The notes under the pieces were generated by a model, which saw nothing but the letters and a program-made list of their open reading frames with translations, had not been told where the DNA came from and ran no database searches. Below, piece by piece: positions 28,723 through 38,007 of a stretch of 64,000 nucleotides of DNA. The position numbers were made by a program, and so were the translations under genes. The DNA is taken from the IMG/VR virus record IMGVR_UViG_3300031951_000046. One strand, given 5' to 3'. Position 1 is the first letter of the stretch, and each line of letters opens with the position of its first letter. Source of the stretch: an uncultured virus (IMG/VR IMGVR_UViG_3300031951_000046) (taxonomy: Duplodnaviria > Heunggongvirae > Uroviricota > Caudoviricetes).

Positions 28723-29532
28723 GTGGACCTTTCTACATTTACCTGCCCAACATGCAAAGAGTATCAGTCGTCAGACTTAGACTCTATCAGAATTCACAGT
28801 CAAAAGAAGCACAAGCTCTCATCTATCGAATTGTATCGTCATCTCTTCCTGAACGGAGACGAAGTCAAGTGCGCTTGCGGCTGCGGTCAAACGCCTAAAT
28901 TCTGGTCACTTCAGCGTGGATTTGCCAAATACGTCCGCGGTCACTCGTCACGTGTCAACAACAACTGGGGTCACAACGAGACAGCTAAGGAGAAGAGTCT
29001 CAAGAAACGGCGTGACGAGGGACTCTGGGGTCGCGATCCGTGGAATCGTGGTAAGACAAAAGAGAGTGATGATAGATTGCAAAAATCAAGTAATACGATG
29101 AAAAAGATGCACGGCGAAAGATACTCAAGATTAATGAGAGACAATCGCCTTTCTGGTGCCATACCTTCTCTCACTGGCTCCGCACACTCGCAATGGAAAG
29201 GTGGCACCTCTGCGCTTGGTCCTCTCTGCAGGTCGAAGATCTACCGCACCTGGGCCTTCCCAAAGCTTCAAGCTGCGGGATTCAAGTGCACGAAGTGCGA
29301 GTCGACGAGGGACTTAGAGGTCCACCACGATGGAGAGAGATTCGCAGAGATCATGCAGAAGGGCATTCAGACTCTCGGCGAACCAGGAGATGATTGGGAC
29401 AGGAAGGAGTGCTTCGCCGAGTGGGTGGCGTGGTACCATGAGATGAACAACATCACAGGTGTGGTTTTGTGTGAGAAGTGCCACGATGAACAGCACACCT
29501 CAGGAATAATCCCGCTAAATGGACCTGCCTGA
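28723..29532 (+). CDS. Free-standing HNH-type homing endonuclease with NUMOD-like N-terminus
   Basis: KCACGCG; PWNRGKTKESDDR; WKGG; C..C..LEVHH..LCEKCHDEQH. Confidence 0.7.
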   Translation: MDLSTFTCPTCKEYQSSDLDSIRIHSQKKHKLSSIELYRHLFLNGDEVKCACGCGQTPKFWSLQRGFAKYVRGHSSRVNNNWGHNETAKEKSLKKRRDEGLWGRDPWNRGKTKESDDRLQKSSNTMKKMHGERYSRLMRDNRLSGAIPSLTGSAHSQWKGGTSALGPLCRSKIYRTWAFPKLQAAGFKCTKCESTRDLEVHHDGERFAEIMQKGIQTLGEPGDDWDRKECFAEWVAWYHEMNNITGVVLCEKCHDEQHTSGIIPLNGPA

Positions 29533-29563
29533 CACGTGGCCGGCAGAAACGAGAATTAACTCC

Positions 29564-30397
29564 TCAGCTCCACGTTATCGTGCCGGTACCTGTGAAGGTG
29601 TACGCTGTGTAGCCTCCTGAAGTAGAGACTGTCGGATTGCCTGTGGTCGATGCATTTTTATAAGCAGAAAGATGTCGCACGACGACGACCCCGCTGCCAC
29701 CGTTCGCGCCTGTTCCGAAATAGACAGATCCACCGCCACCACCACCGGTGTTTGCAGTTCCTGCCACCGCTGTGCCGCCGCCTGCACCACCTCCTCCGAG
29801 GCCGCCCGCTCCTGCAGGGCCCGAGTTGGATGCACCGCCGCCGCCTCCTCCCGCGTAGTAGGTAGCCGTTCCAGTGATGGAGCTCACGCGCCCGATGCCA
29901 CCAGCGCCAGATGTGCCTCCGCTCCTGTTGCCACCTGCGGCTCCTGCACCACCACCGCCACCTGCTCCCTGCTGGCCTCCGCTGCCGGTGCCACCCGCAC
30001 CTCCGTTGTTTCCTTGCCCCGCGGTTCCCAGGCCGAACGAGTTGCCCATGTTGCCATCGGCACCGCCTCCCGAACCACCGCTTGAACCGAAACCGTTACC
30101 GCCACCTATCGAGGTGAATCCGAACGCAGAGGAGTTGTTGCCGTTCGTGATGGTGGGCCGTGCCGCGTTACCACCGGCACCCACCGTGATCGTGTAGGCC
30201 TGGCCGGAAGAAACCGCAACGGAGCCCGAGAGCAAACCACCGGCACCTCCGCCACCGCCACCGCTGTTGTAGTTGCTATACGAACCTGCTCCACCTCCTG
30301 CAACGATGAGGTACTCAACCGTTGGGGGTGCAACCATGGTTCCACCGAAACGAGTGGAACCTTTGATGGTGATGGGATTATTGATCGATACCGCCAT
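29564..30397 (-). CDS. Glycine-rich virion-associated protein
   Basis: VEYLIVAGGG..YYAGGGGG..ANTGGGGGG..GGSGVVVVR..YTFTGTGTI. Confidence 0.7.
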   Translation of the reverse strand: MAVSINNPITIKGSTRFGGTMVAPPTVEYLIVAGGGAGSYSNYNSGGGGGGAGGLLSGSVAVSSGQAYTITVGAGGNAARPTITNGNNSSAFGFTSIGGGNGFGSSGGSGGGADGNMGNSFGLGTAGQGNNGGAGGTGSGGQQGAGGGGGAGAAGGNRSGGTSGAGGIGRVSSITGTATYYAGGGGGGASNSGPAGAGGLGGGGAGGGTAVAGTANTGGGGGGSVYFGTGANGGSGVVVVRHLSAYKNASTTGNPTVSTSGGYTAYTFTGTGTITWS

Positions 30398-30406
30398 TGT
30401 TGATCC

Positions 30407-30781
30407 TCAGGGTGTGGGTGTTTCTGCAATGAGATCCCAGCTCACGGTTGCCTCATTCCACATGTAATCCCCACCGTCCGCGGGATAGGCAACGGGAGCT
30501 CTCCAGCGGCATGTTGTCTCATCGAGGAGCCACGATGGAAATGGTTGAGGAGGAATGAAGGCCTCCCGTGAAGGATCATACGTGTAACCGGGAGCTGCGT
30601 AGTTCTTCCTGATGTTACCATTGTAGCTTGTTTGTCTCCACGAAGCGTGACCCGTGATGGATGTGAGGAAGGCGATTCCCGCATCTTCATACTCTACGCC
30701 ATTGTGGGTTATAACGCTGTTGTTGACTACACAGACTTCAGTTACTATGTTGTTTTCATCTAGCCTCGCGAAATGTGCCAT
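30407..30781 (-). CDS. Hypothetical protein, possible assembly partner of the Gly-rich proteins
   Basis: MAHFARLDENN.V..V.VV..WRQTSYN..RKNYA..YD..AFIPPQPFPSW. Confidence 0.6.
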   Translation of the reverse strand: MAHFARLDENNIVTEVCVVNNSVITHNGVEYEDAGIAFLTSITGHASWRQTSYNGNIRKNYAAPGYTYDPSREAFIPPQPFPSWLLDETTCRWRAPVAYPADGGDYMWNEATVSWDLIAETPTP

Positions 30782-30797
30782 GTTTCTTCTCCTGAGT

Positions 30798-31688
30798 TCA
30801 CACCCACTGTATCGTTCCTGTGCCCGTGAACGTGTAAGTTATGTATCCATTTGAGTTAGATACTGTGGGATTGCCTGTTGTTGTTGCAGCCTTGTAGACG
30901 TTGGGGTAGCGGATCACCACTATTCCCGACCCGCCTGCTTGTCCTGCCCTTGATGCGAATCCAGAACCAGCTCCTCCACCGCCACCCGTATTTGCGGTTC
31001 CTGCTGTAGCAGCTGTGCTGTAGATCACGGCACCATTTCCTCCGCCACCGGCACCACCTGATCCTGGGGTACCGGGGACAGAGTTTCCTCCGCCTCCACC
31101 ACCACCTGCGTAGTACGTAGCAATGCCCGCGATCGAAGAGAGGGCACCGATGCCACCGTTACCGGAAGTTGTACCGCTTCCATTCCCACCAGCGGCGCCT
31201 GCTCCACCACCTCCACCGGCCGCGACTGTGCCTCCCGCTGCACCACCATTGTAGCCCTGTCGCGGCGGACCAGCAGTGCCAGCACCAGATGCACCAGAGC
31301 TACCATGCGCGCCACCGCCTGAACCTCCGTTCCCACCTCCGGAAAAAGTTCCGCCATCTCTCCTCGATCCACCTCGACCGCCTCCAATCGCAATTGCGCT
31401 GAGTGCAGTTGTGTTGCTGCCGTTGGCCGCCGCGAAACCATTTGTTGAACCTCCGCCTCCGGCACCGATCGTTATGGCATAGGATAACCCACTCGTGATG
31501 GATTCGGTTCCCGTAAGCAAGCCTCCGGCTCCGCCACCTCCACCACCACCGTTGTTCGAGTCACCCCCGGATCCTCCTCCACCGCCACCTGCAACCACGA
31601 GATACTCTACGCTAGGAGGCGGCTGTGATGATGCACCGAATCTAACTGCGCCCGCTATCACTACGGGAGAATTGATGATCGTTCCCAT
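30798..31688 (-). CDS. Glycine-rich virion-associated protein (paralogue of 29564-30397)
   Basis: VEYLVVAGGG..GGSGIVVIRY..YTFTGTGTI. Confidence 0.7.
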   Translation of the reverse strand: MGTIINSPVVIAGAVRFGASSQPPPSVEYLVVAGGGGGGSGGDSNNGGGGGGGAGGLLTGTESITSGLSYAITIGAGGGGSTNGFAAANGSNTTALSAIAIGGGRGGSRRDGGTFSGGGNGGSGGGAHGSSGASGAGTAGPPRQGYNGGAAGGTVAAGGGGGAGAAGGNGSGTTSGNGGIGALSSIAGIATYYAGGGGGGGNSVPGTPGSGGAGGGGNGAVIYSTAATAGTANTGGGGGAGSGFASRAGQAGGSGIVVIRYPNVYKAATTTGNPTVSNSNGYITYTFTGTGTIQWV

Positions 31689-31691
31689 GTT

Positions 31692-32087
31692 TCAGCCAAC
31701 GCCCTGGAATCCGTTCGATCCTGTGATGGGGGTGAGCATCTTCGAGGGAATGAACGTGAGACCTGCCACTACTGTGAAAGCATTCGTTGCTCCCGTAGAG
31801 CCTGAAATGAATATTCTGTCAGTTCTTAGCTCACCGGAGAACGACTCAGAACCGCTGAGCGTGAAGTAATTGGAGTTCGCAGGAAGTAGACCACCCGCCG
31901 TGAATGCGACAGCGATGGTGTTCCCGGAAGTACTCGTGTTCTTTATTGTGATAAATCTCGTTATCTGCGGAAAGACTATCTGCCTCGTCGAACCGAGAGA
32001 CACAGTCGATGATGTGACGAACGGAGTTGCCGATATTTGATATGCTGCGACGTAACCCTCGCCCTGTACTGGATGGTTTAGAGACAT
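31692..32087 (-). CDS. Hypothetical protein
   Basis: 131-aa ORF, first gene of the inverted cassette; AAGGTG and ATAATTA upstream. Confidence 0.6.
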   Translation of the reverse strand: MSLNHPVQGEGYVAAYQISATPFVTSSTVSLGSTRQIVFPQITRFITIKNTSTSGNTIAVAFTAGGLLPANSNYFTLSGSESFSGELRTDRIFISGSTGATNAFTVVAGLTFIPSKMLTPITGSNGFQGVG

Positions 32088-32232
32088 TGTTTCACCTTGT
32101 TCACCTTAATTATCTTTTCTACACCAGAAATTCATTTATAAATCTACAAATTTAGGTTGGTTTTTTTAGATGTTTTATTTACTTGCTCAGACTTTAGTAT
32201 AATCTCATAAGACACAGGAGAGAGCAATCAAC

Positions 32233-33105
32233 ATGTCAGACGATAGAGAGCAGAAGAACGCAATTTTCGCAAACCAGGGTCCCGCAGGCGTCGACCCAAG
32301 GATGCCCAAGATGTCGCAGGCAGACAGGGTAAAGGCAGACTTTGGACTTGAGATTCCACAAGAAATCGTTCCTCTACCATCGAGCGGAAAAGTGTACTCG
32401 CAGGACTCCTCTCTTTACGGCATGGAGACCGTAGAGATAAGAGCCATGACTGCGAGAGACGAAGACATCTTGACTTCTCGAGCTCTCCTCAAGAAGGGAA
32501 CGGTCATCACAGAGCTCATCAAGTCTTGCCTCGTTGATAAGTCCGTCAACGTACTTGACCTTCTCAGCGGCGATAGAAATGCTCTTATGGTTGCTGTTAG
32601 AATCACTGGGTATGGTCCTGAATACGCCGTTGAAATGGAATGTCCCGAATGTAACGTCAAGTCGCAGCACGAGTTTAATCTTGGAGAATTACCGATCAAG
32701 CGTCTTGAGATCGATCCCGTAATTCCTGGTATGAATCTCTTTGATTTCAATCTCCCAGTCTCAAAGAAGAACGTTAAATTCAAGTTCATGACCGGTCGAG
32801 ATGAGGAAGAGATGATGGTTCTTGCTGAGAAGCAAAAGAAGTTGGGTCTTCCTTCCGACAATAACGTCACGACAAGCCTCCTCTACTCCATACAGTCGAT
32901 TGACGGCATAGAAGATAGAGCAAAGATAGCCAGTTTTGTTAAGGTTATGCCCGCACGTGACTCTCTCGCTCTCCGCAACTACATGCGAGACAACGAGCCT
33001 GGTATCATCATGAAGCAGGAGACGACCTGTTCCTCTTGCGGTCACTCCGAGGAGGTGAGCATGCCACTCGGCGTCACGTTTCTTTGGCCTTCGTCCGGAA
33101 GATAG
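32233..33105 (+). CDS. Baseplate hub/tail assembly chaperone (T4 gp26-like)
   Basis: VPLPS.G..Y..EIRAMTARDEDIL..GDR.AL..RITGYG..CPEC..C..CG; upstream of tape measure. Confidence 0.75.
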   Translation: MSDDREQKNAIFANQGPAGVDPRMPKMSQADRVKADFGLEIPQEIVPLPSSGKVYSQDSSLYGMETVEIRAMTARDEDILTSRALLKKGTVITELIKSCLVDKSVNVLDLLSGDRNALMVAVRITGYGPEYAVEMECPECNVKSQHEFNLGELPIKRLEIDPVIPGMNLFDFNLPVSKKNVKFKFMTGRDEEEMMVLAEKQKKLGLPSDNNVTTSLLYSIQSIDGIEDRAKIASFVKVMPARDSLALRNYMRDNEPGIIMKQETTCSSCGHSEEVSMPLGVTFLWPSSGR

Positions 33106-33115
33106 AGAAGCTCTC

Positions 33116-33352
33116 GTGATGGAGCCGGCGTTTCTCCTGATATACTACGGCGGCTTCACGTGGAGCGAGATCAGAAATATGCCTGTCTTCTACAAACGGT
33201 GGTTCATAGAAAGAATTAATAGAGAATTAACGCGGACTTCAGAGTCAGGACAGACGCAGAGCAGGGCCTTGCATCAGAACTCACCAGACGTGAGGTCAAT
33301 GCAGGGTCGTACTCGCGATCAGTCTCCCTCAAGATTGAGACGTTTCACTTAA
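33116..33352 (+). CDS. gp51-like hub assembly ORF, probably expressed as a +1 frameshift extension of the upstream gene
   Basis: F.LIYYGGFTWSEIRNMPV..KRWFIERI; frame open from 33059 and overlaps the upstream 3' end; weak RBS. Confidence 0.6.
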   Translation: MMEPAFLLIYYGGFTWSEIRNMPVFYKRWFIERINRELTRTSESGQTQSRALHQNSPDVRSMQGRTRDQSPSRLRRFT

Positions 33353-33400
33353 ATTATCAGCATCTTTTTTTGTTTCCTCTTATTTACCCTCTGTTGAGAG

Positions 33401-33706
33401 GTGATTAGCATGGAGTCTACCCAGGAAACCGGGGATCTTAAGGAAGAGTTTTATCTTAACACGACGGGAAAGCTTCTTTTAGCCTCCCTCGGCGCTTGGC
33501 TTGTAGGAAAGCCTGTGAATACAAAGATAAGAGGCACGAAGGAAGAGATTCGAGCTGTCGCGAACGCACTCATGGCATCCAAGAGATTTCATGAAGAACT
33601 TCGCAAGCCTGGTGCAACCCTGGAGTCTGTCTCACAGAAGCTGCGTCTCAAGCATGCTACTGCAGCAGAGTTCGAAAGAGTTCTTGGGGTTCGCTGGCCT
33701 CTTTGA
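33401..33706 (+). CDS. Hypothetical protein
   Basis: 101-aa ORF with GAGG upstream; start may be ATG 33410. Confidence 0.55.
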   Translation: MISMESTQETGDLKEEFYLNTTGKLLLASLGAWLVGKPVNTKIRGTKEEIRAVANALMASKRFHEELRKPGATLESVSQKLRLKHATAAEFERVLGVRWPL

Positions 33707-33720
33707 TCTGAGGGATAAAG

Positions 33721-36700
33721 ATGGCCGGTGAGATGGATCCAAAGGCTGCAGGTGAGCTTGCTGAGAATGCAAAACTCGCCGGCAAGTACGCAGAAGAAGC
33801 TCTCGACGCCTTTCAGCGACAGTTGAAGGTCGTCACCCAGATGCGCGACGCTATGGAGGAAGTCGCAAAGCTGATGCATGCTATCTCCAACCAGGACGGA
33901 AAGGGACTCGATCCTGAATCTTGGAAGAAAGTCACTAAGGAGGTCCTAAAGAATGAGAAGGCCTCGCGCAGTGCTTCTCAAACTTTCAAAGAGGTTTCAA
34001 CTTCCGGAGCAAAACTTTCTAAAGGCATATTGTTTGCAGGAAAAGCTTTTTCAGGACTTTTGCAAGGATTTAAAAATATAGTCGCTTTAGGGCAAAGCGT
34101 TCTGGGATTTTTCGGATCTGTCGCCGGCGGAATATTTGAGATAGGAAAGTCAATACTTGCAATACCCTTTAAGATGATGGCAGGTCTCTTTAAGATGGCT
34201 TCTGCCGGTGGATCCAACGAACTTCTTGAGGCTCTTGAGAACGTCAGAGAATCGTTTGGAGACTTAAAGTCTGAATCGTCTCGAGCCATAATAGACACAG
34301 CAAAGAACGTCGAGACGATGAACCAATCCGGGGTTCCTTCGTATCTCATCTTTGGCAACTTAGCTGGCAGAATAAAGGCCGTCACCGAAATGGCCCAAGG
34401 AATGGGTGCAGCTTTCCAGGTCTTTCAGGGGGAAGTGAAAGAGAACGGAGTTGCCATGATGCTATACCAGAGAGGTCTTGGCATCACAAACGAGCAGATG
34501 GGAACTCTCGCGTCCAACGCCCTCAGGATGGGCAAAGACATCGCAGTCGTGCAGAACGAGATGACGAAGCAGGCTCTTGGAATGAGCAAGGCCTTTGGAG
34601 TCAACGCCAAGGTCATCTCAAAAGACATGGCCAAAGCGATGGGTGACCTCGCGCACTTCGGACATCTCTCCACCAAAGAGCTTTCCGTCGCTGCAACATT
34701 TGCGAACAAGCTCGGTGTATCTGTCGATAAGCTGACTGCAATAATGGACCAGACAGCCACCTACGATCAGGCAGCTGAAGGCATGTCGAAGTTGAATGAG
34801 CAGTACGGCACTAACATCGATGCTACAGAGATGATGATGGCTCAGAATCCTGCCGATAAGGTTGAGCTGCTTAGAAAAGCCTTTGCCAAAACTGGCAAGG
34901 ACATGTCTCAGCTCACTTATCAGGACAGGATGTTCATCAAACAACAGACAGGCATGTCTGACGAACTGATGAACTCAGCTTTCGCTGCTAAGAATGCAGG
35001 TGTCTCTCTTGACAACATGAGAACCCAGGCAGAGAAAGCAGAGAAGGCAACGATGAGTCAGGCTGAGGCTATAAAGGCCCTCGGAGATTCGATCAAGAGA
35101 ACGTTCCCGTCTGGAGGCGGCGGCGCAGGCGGTGTGATGGATCACTTCCTTGAAGGATTCTTCAGGGGAATACAGACGTCCAAAGAATTCGTCGGCATGA
35201 TGATGAATGTCAAACAAGTCCTCAGGATTGCCACGCAGGAAGGTGTCAAGTTTGGAAAAGAATTTGTCAAGTTCTTCCCGGGCGTAAGCGAGATATTCGA
35301 CGGCATCAAAGAGGTGTTCGATCCGAAGAGATTTAAAAAGATGTTCGACGACGTTCTGCGTGCGTTTGACGTCTTCAAGACAGGCGGCAGCGGCAAGATC
35401 GAAGACTTTGTCGACAGACTTAAGCTTATATTCAAAGACTTCACGGGCGGCCCGTCTGGCGAGAAGGTCAAGGAAGGATTCAAGAAGTTTGGGAAAGCCG
35501 TTCTAGTCATCGTCACGAAGACCGGGGAGATGATCTGGGAGAAGACAAAAGAACTCTATGCTTCCTTCACAAGTGAGATGGAAAATCCAGGTCCAACGAC
35601 GCTCAAGGTAAAGAAGTTCTTCTCTGACATCGTAGGATCTGTCTCCAAGTTTCTCACAGAGAAGGCAATTCCTTTCGCTCGAGATGCGATAAAGACCTTA
35701 ACATCGTGGATTTCTGACAAAGAAGAATTTAAGCGAGGAATTCCTGCCGCTTCAGGTTTCGCTAAGATGCTTGGAGATGTATTCGGGCCCCTGGGAGAAG
35801 CGCTTAAGTTTGCTTGGAAGGAATTGTACCCTGCACTAAGAGATCTTGCCATAGAGTTGATGTTCAAGATCAAGGAAGGATTGTGGGAGGGTCTCAAAGC
35901 CATCTTCCACGCGGCGACGTGGGAGCAGATAGGGCTAGCAGCCACCATCCAGTTCGGTCCCGCAATTAGCAGTGCTCTACTCGGCAGTCTTACGAGGAAA
36001 CTTGCAGAAAAAGCACTTGAGAAGAAGATTGTCTCCTCTGTAACGGATGTAGTTTCCGGTGCTTTTGAAAAAGCTGCTGCAAAAAAGGCAATTGCTGAAG
36101 GCGGTCAAAGAGTTGCAACAGCTGCAACGGAAAGTCTTGCAGCGGGTGCAACGTCAGCCGGAAGTAATCCTGGACTTATTTCCCGTCTCACAAGTTTTCT
36201 TTCAAATCCAGTTACAGCAGCTATAGCTGCAACTGTTGCTATTGCAGCTTTGGCTTTTACAGCCGCGAATGATGCAATTGCCTCTGAGTCTGAAAAGGCT
36301 TCTAAAGCTGTCAACCACAATGAATTTATAGAAAAGATTAATGATCAAAATATGTCAACAGCTGATAAGCTAAAAGCTGCAAGTGACAGAAATATCAAAT
36401 TGCTTAAAGATCGAGAAGAGGCACATGGAACTGGCTTCTTAGCTGGTGTGAGAAGCATCTTTGGAATGGGAGCAAAGGGAGAAGCCGAGCAAATAGCAGA
36501 CGCTTACATTGAAGAGAATAATAGAGTTGTAAAAGATCTTTTAGCAAAAAAAGAAAAGGAAGATCGCGCCTTAATAAAAGGAACCAAAGAATACGAAGAG
36601 AGAATGGCGAAAGAGGCAGAGAAGCGACAGCTCGATGCGCTTGGGCCCGTTACCATACAGAACGCCGCCGAGAGATTTAAGCAGCTCGACGAGCTTGCTA

Positions 36701-37716
36701 AGAAGGTAATGGACAAAGGATTTAACATTAAAGACAAGTTAGCGGCCGTGAAGGCAAAGCTTGATGATGTCAACTGGTCTGTTATAGATCCGAAAAACGA
36801 GGAAAGTGTCAACAAGGCCTTCCTTCAGATGCAGAAGATACAAGGAATCTTCGCAAATCTTGCAGATATTGGTGGAATGACAAAGCTCGCTGTTGACAGA
36901 ATAGGCTCCCTCGATTATGGAAAAGTGCAAGCTGTTTTTAAGAAGTTGCAAGATTCGATAGTCGATGCCATCAAGGTCGTCACCACGTCTGGCACTGAAA
37001 TAGGAGAGAGCAAGATGGGTCACTATCTATCTCTCACAGAAGTCTGGTCTCCCAAGATAGCCAAGATGTTCAGAGAATTGAGTGAGACAGCAAATTCTCT
37101 CAATGAAATCATGAAAGTTCCGGTCCCGGGAGGCACACAGATACACGACAAGTTCATGACGATCAGGTATGGAATCACTGAAGCTATCATGGCGATCACA
37201 CAGCACGGCACCGCCGCGCTCGATCTGGCCGCTACTCAAGCCCCAAAGATAAAGACCATGATAGTACAGGCTTCTGAACTTTCAGCTGAGCTTGAGAAGT
37301 TCGTGAAATCAACAGCCGCATTTTCAGGTGACGTCATTAAGACATCCATCGCGAAGTCTCTCCTTGCGGTACAACAGATGGTGGCCGCGACCCAGAAGAT
37401 GGACGACTCCCTTGCAGCTCTGGAAAAGATCAACATAGGCGCCCGCTTGACTCAAGTTGCAGGATCGGTCGGTCTTGGATCTTCAGGCGTCTACACAGTA
37501 AACAGCAAGGAAGTGGTCATCCACGTATCCTTTAACGTCTCGATGGACGCACAGGAGATCGAGAAGATCATGATAGGCAACAACAAGTCCATCATAAGAG
37601 ACAGAATCAACTTCGCTCTTGACAAATCTGACAAGGGCAACAAGGCGGTTCTCGTGAAGAGCAATCCTGCGGGCAACACAGCGCTCCACGCTTCGGGAGT
37701 CCCAGGTTCTCAATAA
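33721..37716 (+). CDS. Tail tape measure protein
   Basis: 1331 aa, A/K/E/M-rich and helical with hydrophobic stretches; between chaperone and baseplate genes. Confidence 0.8.
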   Translation: MAGEMDPKAAGELAENAKLAGKYAEEALDAFQRQLKVVTQMRDAMEEVAKLMHAISNQDGKGLDPESWKKVTKEVLKNEKASRSASQTFKEVSTSGAKLSKGILFAGKAFSGLLQGFKNIVALGQSVLGFFGSVAGGIFEIGKSILAIPFKMMAGLFKMASAGGSNELLEALENVRESFGDLKSESSRAIIDTAKNVETMNQSGVPSYLIFGNLAGRIKAVTEMAQGMGAAFQVFQGEVKENGVAMMLYQRGLGITNEQMGTLASNALRMGKDIAVVQNEMTKQALGMSKAFGVNAKVISKDMAKAMGDLAHFGHLSTKELSVAATFANKLGVSVDKLTAIMDQTATYDQAAEGMSKLNEQYGTNIDATEMMMAQNPADKVELLRKAFAKTGKDMSQLTYQDRMFIKQQTGMSDELMNSAFAAKNAGVSLDNMRTQAEKAEKATMSQAEAIKALGDSIKRTFPSGGGGAGGVMDHFLEGFFRGIQTSKEFVGMMMNVKQVLRIATQEGVKFGKEFVKFFPGVSEIFDGIKEVFDPKRFKKMFDDVLRAFDVFKTGGSGKIEDFVDRLKLIFKDFTGGPSGEKVKEGFKKFGKAVLVIVTKTGEMIWEKTKELYASFTSEMENPGPTTLKVKKFFSDIVGSVSKFLTEKAIPFARDAIKTLTSWISDKEEFKRGIPAASGFAKMLGDVFGPLGEALKFAWKELYPALRDLAIELMFKIKEGLWEGLKAIFHAATWEQIGLAATIQFGPAISSALLGSLTRKLAEKALEKKIVSSVTDVVSGAFEKAAAKKAIAEGGQRVATAATESLAAGATSAGSNPGLISRLTSFLSNPVTAAIAATVAIAALAFTAANDAIASESEKASKAVNHNEFIEKINDQNMSTADKLKAASDRNIKLLKDREEAHGTGFLAGVRSIFGMGAKGEAEQIADAYIEENNRVVKDLLAKKEKEDRALIKGTKEYEERMAKEAEKRQLDALGPVTIQNAAERFKQLDELAKKVMDKGFNIKDKLAAVKAKLDDVNWSVIDPKNEESVNKAFLQMQKIQGIFANLADIGGMTKLAVDRIGSLDYGKVQAVFKKLQDSIVDAIKVVTTSGTEIGESKMGHYLSLTEVWSPKIAKMFRELSETANSLNEIMKVPVPGGTQIHDKFMTIRYGITEAIMAITQHGTAALDLAATQAPKIKTMIVQASELSAELEKFVKSTAAFSGDVIKTSIAKSLLAVQQMVAATQKMDDSLAALEKINIGARLTQVAGSVGLGSSGVYTVNSKEVVIHVSFNVSMDAQEIEKIMIGNNKSIIRDRINFALDKSDKGNKAVLVKSNPAGNTALHASGVPGSQ

Positions 37717-37750
37717 TATTGTAGTTTAATGCTGACAAGGGATAAAGCTC

Positions 37751-37996
37751 ATGAAAAAAGAAGACTATCTTAAGCAGCTTCGGGAAAACGACGTGTTCAA
37801 AACAGTGCTCTCAAAGGCGACGAGCGACGCAGAGCGTCGCGCCATAAAGGCATACGCAGAGGACTTCATGGTCAAGTTCTTCAATCAGGTGTACGAACCG
37901 ATCTCCCACGCGTTACAAAACGATCCCGAAGGCATAAAGAACGCATACCTAGAAATTAGCAGCGAGCTAATTAATAGTGGAAGCGCTGAAGAGTAG
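37751..37996 (+). CDS. Hypothetical protein
   Basis: 81-aa ORF filling the gap. Confidence 0.55.
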   Translation: MKKEDYLKQLRENDVFKTVLSKATSDAERRAIKAYAEDFMVKFFNQVYEPISHALQNDPEGIKNAYLEISSELINSGSAEE

Positions 37997-38007
37997 GAAG
38001 AGAGAAG

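Noticed and set aside
26383..29532. Group I introns hosting the endonucleases
   Set aside because: Sheath 2 and the tube gene are uninterrupted, and there is no flanking space for a ribozyme core.
33103..33230. TAG readthrough or alternative genetic code at the chaperone stop
   Set aside because: The in-frame continuation is not recognisable and stops soon. Conserved genes are full length, with TAA, TAG and TGA all used as stops.
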